A stretch of DNA of 32,000 bases, from positions 6,720,001 through 6,752,000 of the forward strand of contig NZ_LN831039.1 in NCBI RefSeq assembly GCF_001457595.1. The letters run 5' to 3'. Numbering within the stretch: position 1 is the first letter of the stretch; every line of letters begins with the position of its first letter. A program made the position numbers and the translations under genes. Origin of the DNA: Mycolicibacterium smegmatis (GTDB taxonomy: Bacteria; Actinomycetota; Actinomycetes; Mycobacteriales; Mycobacteriaceae). This document shows, one piece after another, positions 29,389 through 32,000 of this stretch. The notes beneath the pieces are model-generated. The model saw only the letters and a program-made list of their open reading frames with translations, searched no databases and had not been told where the DNA came from.

Positions 29389-30219
29389 GTGACGGACGCA
29401 CCTCGCTTCGGGATCTCGACCTCTTCTGCCGACGGCGGCATCGCCCCGGATGTTCTGGCCCGCGCGGTCGAAGAGCGCGGATTCGACTGGTTGTTGTTCG
29501 ACGACCACTCGTATTTCCCGGCCGATACGCCCGATGCGGTCGATCCCGCGTTCCGCGCCCGGCTTCCGCTGATCCGCGACCTGTTCGTCGTGCTGGCATA
29601 CGCCGCGTCGGCGACGTCGACACTGACCATCGGATCCGGTGTCGCGTTGTTGCCGCAGCGCGACACGCTGCACACGGCCAAGGCCGTGGCGTCGCTCGCG
29701 ACACTGTCGGGGAACCGCGTGGTCCTCGGCGTCGGGGTCGGCTGGAATCTGAACGAGGTGCGCAACCACGGCGCCGACCCGCGCAGGCGCGGTGCCAAAC
29801 TCGACGAACAACTCAGCGCGCTGCGAGCCCTGTGGTCCGACGATGAGGCCGAATTCTCGGGCACACAGGTGCGTTTCGGCCCGGTCGTGGCCCGTCCCCG
29901 CCCTTCTGCTCCTGTCCCCATCCTCGTCGGTGGGGCCAGCGAAGCCGCACTCGCCCGCACCGTCCGGTTCGGTGACGGATGGCTGCCATTCGCCGAACTG
30001 TCGACGCCCGCAGACGTCGCACGCGCCAGGAAGTGGTTCACCGAACAGGGCCGCGGCGATCTCGGCGTCACGGTCTCGGGTGTGCCCGGTGACGCGTCGG
30101 TGGCCTCGGCGTATCTCGACGCGGGCGCAGGCCGTGTCCTGTTCCACCTCGAACCCGGACCCGAGGACGACGTCCTGCGGGCGTTGGACACCGTCGCGGA
30201 CACGGTCCGATCCATCTGA
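29389..30219 (+). CDS. Luciferase-like monooxygenase (LLM) class oxidoreductase, probably F420-dependent
   Basis: 276 aa from GTG 29389. FGISTS...ERGFDWLLFDDHS...LGVGVGWNLNEVRNHG...RGAKLDEQLSALRALW...PILVGG...RFGDGWLP is the pattern of the short actinobacterial LLM F420 subfamily. Cofactor specificity is not provable from sequence by eye. Confidence 0.75.
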   Translation: MTDAPRFGISTSSADGGIAPDVLARAVEERGFDWLLFDDHSYFPADTPDAVDPAFRARLPLIRDLFVVLAYAASATSTLTIGSGVALLPQRDTLHTAKAVASLATLSGNRVVLGVGVGWNLNEVRNHGADPRRRGAKLDEQLSALRALWSDDEAEFSGTQVRFGPVVARPRPSAPVPILVGGASEAALARTVRFGDGWLPFAELSTPADVARARKWFTEQGRGDLGVTVSGVPGDASVASAYLDAGAGRVLFHLEPGPEDDVLRALDTVADTVRSI

Positions 30220-30307
30220 AGGTTCGCCACAGGTATTCCGCACCGGCGGCAGACGCGCGATCCTATGGGGTGACCGTCGACGTACGACAGAGTTGAAGGA
30301 GGCCTGC

Positions 30308-31054
30308 ATGGCAGGCAACACCAGCGTCCCCGGGGCGACCGTGGGAAGCCGACTGCTGGCGGTCCTCGACTGCTTCGACGTCGATCACCGTGAACTCACC
30401 CTCACCGAGATCGCGCAACGCGCCGATCTTCCGCTGTCCACCGCACGCAGGCTCATCACCGAGCTCACCGAGTGGGGTGGCCTGGAACGGCTCTCGAGCG
30501 GGGGTTACCGGATCGGGGTCCGCCTGTGGCAGGTGGGATCGCTTGCACCCCAGGCCCGTAACCTTCGTGAGGCGGCTCTGCCCCACATGCACGACCTGTT
30601 CGAGGCAACCCGCGAGAACGTGCAACTCGCCGTCCTCGACGGGCTCGAGGCGCTGTGCCTCGAGAAGATCACCGGAACCAAGTCCGTGCCCACGGTCACC
30701 CATGTCGGCGGACGACTGCCCCTGCACACCACGGGCGTCGGCAAGGTCCTCCTCGCCTTCTCACCCCGCACACTGCTGGAAACCGTTGTGGCACAGGGGC
30801 TCGAACGCAGCACCATCCACTCCATCACGGAACCGGGGCGTCTCGCATCGGCGTTGGAACGCGTCCGGCAGACCGGGCTCGCCTACTCATACGAGGAGAT
30901 GACGCTCGGCGCGATCTCGGTCGCCAGCCCTATCATCCACGCCGGCAGGTTGTCCGGGGCTGTGAGCATCGTGACACACTCGGGCACGCATCTGGACAGA
31001 CTGGCCCCCGCGGTGCGCACGGCGGCGCTGGGCATCTCGCGCAGCCTGCTCTAA
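30308..31054 (+). CDS. IclR-family transcriptional regulator
   Basis: ATG 30308 with GAAGGAGG upstream. wHTH LLAVLDCFDVDHRELTLTEIAQRADLPLSTARRLITELTEWGGLER, plus an IclR effector domain (GKVLLAF...). 248 aa. Confidence 0.9.
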   Translation: MAGNTSVPGATVGSRLLAVLDCFDVDHRELTLTEIAQRADLPLSTARRLITELTEWGGLERLSSGGYRIGVRLWQVGSLAPQARNLREAALPHMHDLFEATRENVQLAVLDGLEALCLEKITGTKSVPTVTHVGGRLPLHTTGVGKVLLAFSPRTLLETVVAQGLERSTIHSITEPGRLASALERVRQTGLAYSYEEMTLGAISVASPIIHAGRLSGAVSIVTHSGTHLDRLAPAVRTAALGISRSLL

Positions 31055-31863
31055 CGCAACGGGTCCGCGAAAGCAGCTGTGTAACCGAAGAAGTCGGCCA
31101 TCCCGCCCACCTGCGCGTCGGTCATCTGTGACCCGACCTGCACCGCGCATCCGCGCTGCGTCGCTTCTTTGATCAAAGGTGTCACGGCCGGCTCGGTGAT
31201 CACGTCGGCCACCGCGGCATCGCCACCGACACCGTCCAGATCGACGGGGAGCGGATCGGTGCTGCGCATACCCGCAGGACTGGCGTTGACGATGAGGTCG
31301 TAGCCCCTCCCGAGCGCAGCCACCGGTCGTGACAACACCCCCGTTGCGGACACCCGATCCGCCAGCTCATTCGCACGTGCGCCGTCGACGTCGGAGACAT
31401 CCACCGCACTCGCACCTGTGTCGGCAAGGGCGAGCGCGATGGCAGAACCCGCTCCCCCGCAACCGACCACGAGGGCACGCCTCCCGCCGACCGGGCCGAT
31501 GCCGCCCTCGAACGCGGTCACGAAGCCGACGCCGTCCAACATGTCGGCCACCCAACCACCGCTCTCACCGACCTTCAGGCAGTTGACCGCCCCCACCTGC
31601 CGTGCGCGGTCGGACAGTTCCGTGGCGAACCGCATCGCGGCCGCCTTGTGCGGCACGGTGATGAGCAACCCGTCCAGGTTCCGCCATCGCCGTGCCCCGT
31701 CGAGGAAGGCTTCCAGGTCGGTGGGCCGGACGTGGAAGGGCACACACACCGCGTCGACACCGAGTTCACGGAACACCGTGCCCCACAGCTCGGGTGCGCG
31801 CACCTGTGCGACGGGGTCGCCCACGACGCCCAACAGTCGGGTTCTGCCGGTCGGATCGGTCAC
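31051..31863 (-). CDS. Shikimate/quinate dehydrogenase family protein (AroE/YdiB-like)
   Basis: 270 aa from GTG 31863. LLGVVGDPVAQVRAPELW, LITVPHK, and the Rossmann motif VVGCGGAGSAIALAL. Its stop overlaps the IclR stop by 4 nt (CTAA). Confidence 0.82.
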   Translation of the reverse strand: MTDPTGRTRLLGVVGDPVAQVRAPELWGTVFRELGVDAVCVPFHVRPTDLEAFLDGARRWRNLDGLLITVPHKAAAMRFATELSDRARQVGAVNCLKVGESGGWVADMLDGVGFVTAFEGGIGPVGGRRALVVGCGGAGSAIALALADTGASAVDVSDVDGARANELADRVSATGVLSRPVAALGRGYDLIVNASPAGMRSTDPLPVDLDGVGGDAAVADVITEPAVTPLIKEATQRGCAVQVGSQMTDAQVGGMADFFGYTAAFADPLR

Positions 31864-31983
31864 CGCACCATGCTGTCCCTGCGCGGCTCATCCCGCACAG
31901 CGGTCGCTGCCGCTCAGTGGCACCGAGTCGTTCTTGGTCGCCGTGGATCCGCCGTAGCGTCGACCTGACCTGAAAGGGAGAAC

Positions 31984-32000
31984 ATGCTGCACGAGGAGAT
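31984..32000 (+). CDS. 5' end of an unidentified gene (truncated by the window end)
   Basis: ATG 31984 preceded by AAAGGGAG. Only 5 codons (MLHEE) are visible, so neither coding status nor function can be assessed. Confidence 0.25.

Noticed and set aside
1-32000. Mobile elements, prophage or defence genes, CRISPR arrays, tRNA/rRNA genes, and long direct or inverted repeats.
   Set aside because: No ORF shows transposase, integrase, recombinase, Cas, restriction-modification or toxin-antitoxin signatures. I saw no regularly spaced repeat array and no cloverleaf-compatible or rRNA-like segment. Apart from short intergenic spacers, the composition is uniformly high in G+C, giving no sign of recent horizontal insertion. 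This was judged by eye only; a tRNAscan/Infernal/ISfinder run would be the formal check.

Overview
High-G+C, densely coding chromosomal segment, actinobacterial in character and most likely from a fast-growing Mycobacteriaceae member. The taxonomic call rests on an Rv1733c-like membrane protein, a DUF5994 protein, a ZAS anti-sigma factor, a probable F420-type LLM oxidoreductase and PucR/GntR/IclR/LysR regulators. I support about 37 CDS and one frameshifted gene. I found no rRNA, tRNA, CRISPR array, transposase or integrase.

Left third (1-12.9 kb):
- An ABC importer (two permeases plus an ATPase) translationally coupled to an NPP-type phosphodiesterase, followed by an amidase.
- Two LysR regulators.
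- An Rv1733c-like plus DUF5994 gene pair.
- An MBL-fold hydrolase.
- A thiol/oxidative-stress-type module: an ECF sigma gene broken by a 1-nt frameshift, a ZAS anti-sigma factor and a DUF417 membrane protein, with a divergent thioredoxin-fold peroxiredoxin-like gene coupled to a TIM-barrel hydrolase-like gene.

Remainder (12.9-30.2 kb): what I read as one large amine-catabolic island.
- A plus-strand operon gabT/davT-like aminotransferase, glutaryl-CoA dehydrogenase, aldehyde dehydrogenase, family III CoA-transferase.
- It converges, with an 8-bp overlap, on a minus-strand operon: cytochrome P450, 3Fe-4S ferredoxin, glutamine-synthetase-like ligase, a signal-less SBP-like protein, two PuuD-like gamma-glutamyl hydrolases and a PucR regulator.
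- Upstream of the P450 lie an AT-rich control region and a GntR regulator coupled to a stand-alone Cache/PDC-like sensor protein.
- Divergent from the GntR gene are an APC permease, a Sad/YneI-like semialdehyde dehydrogenase and an LLM oxidoreductase.

The most interesting reading is a gamma-glutamylation/P450 route for secondary or cyclic amines (piperidine/pyrrolidine type) or diamines. It would feed 5-aminovalerate into glutarate, then glutaryl-CoA, then crotonyl-CoA. Several components of this island have no assigned role: the cytoplasmic SBP-like protein, the Cache partner of GntR and the second hydrolase.

All function calls come from motif and family recognition by eye. No database search was run.
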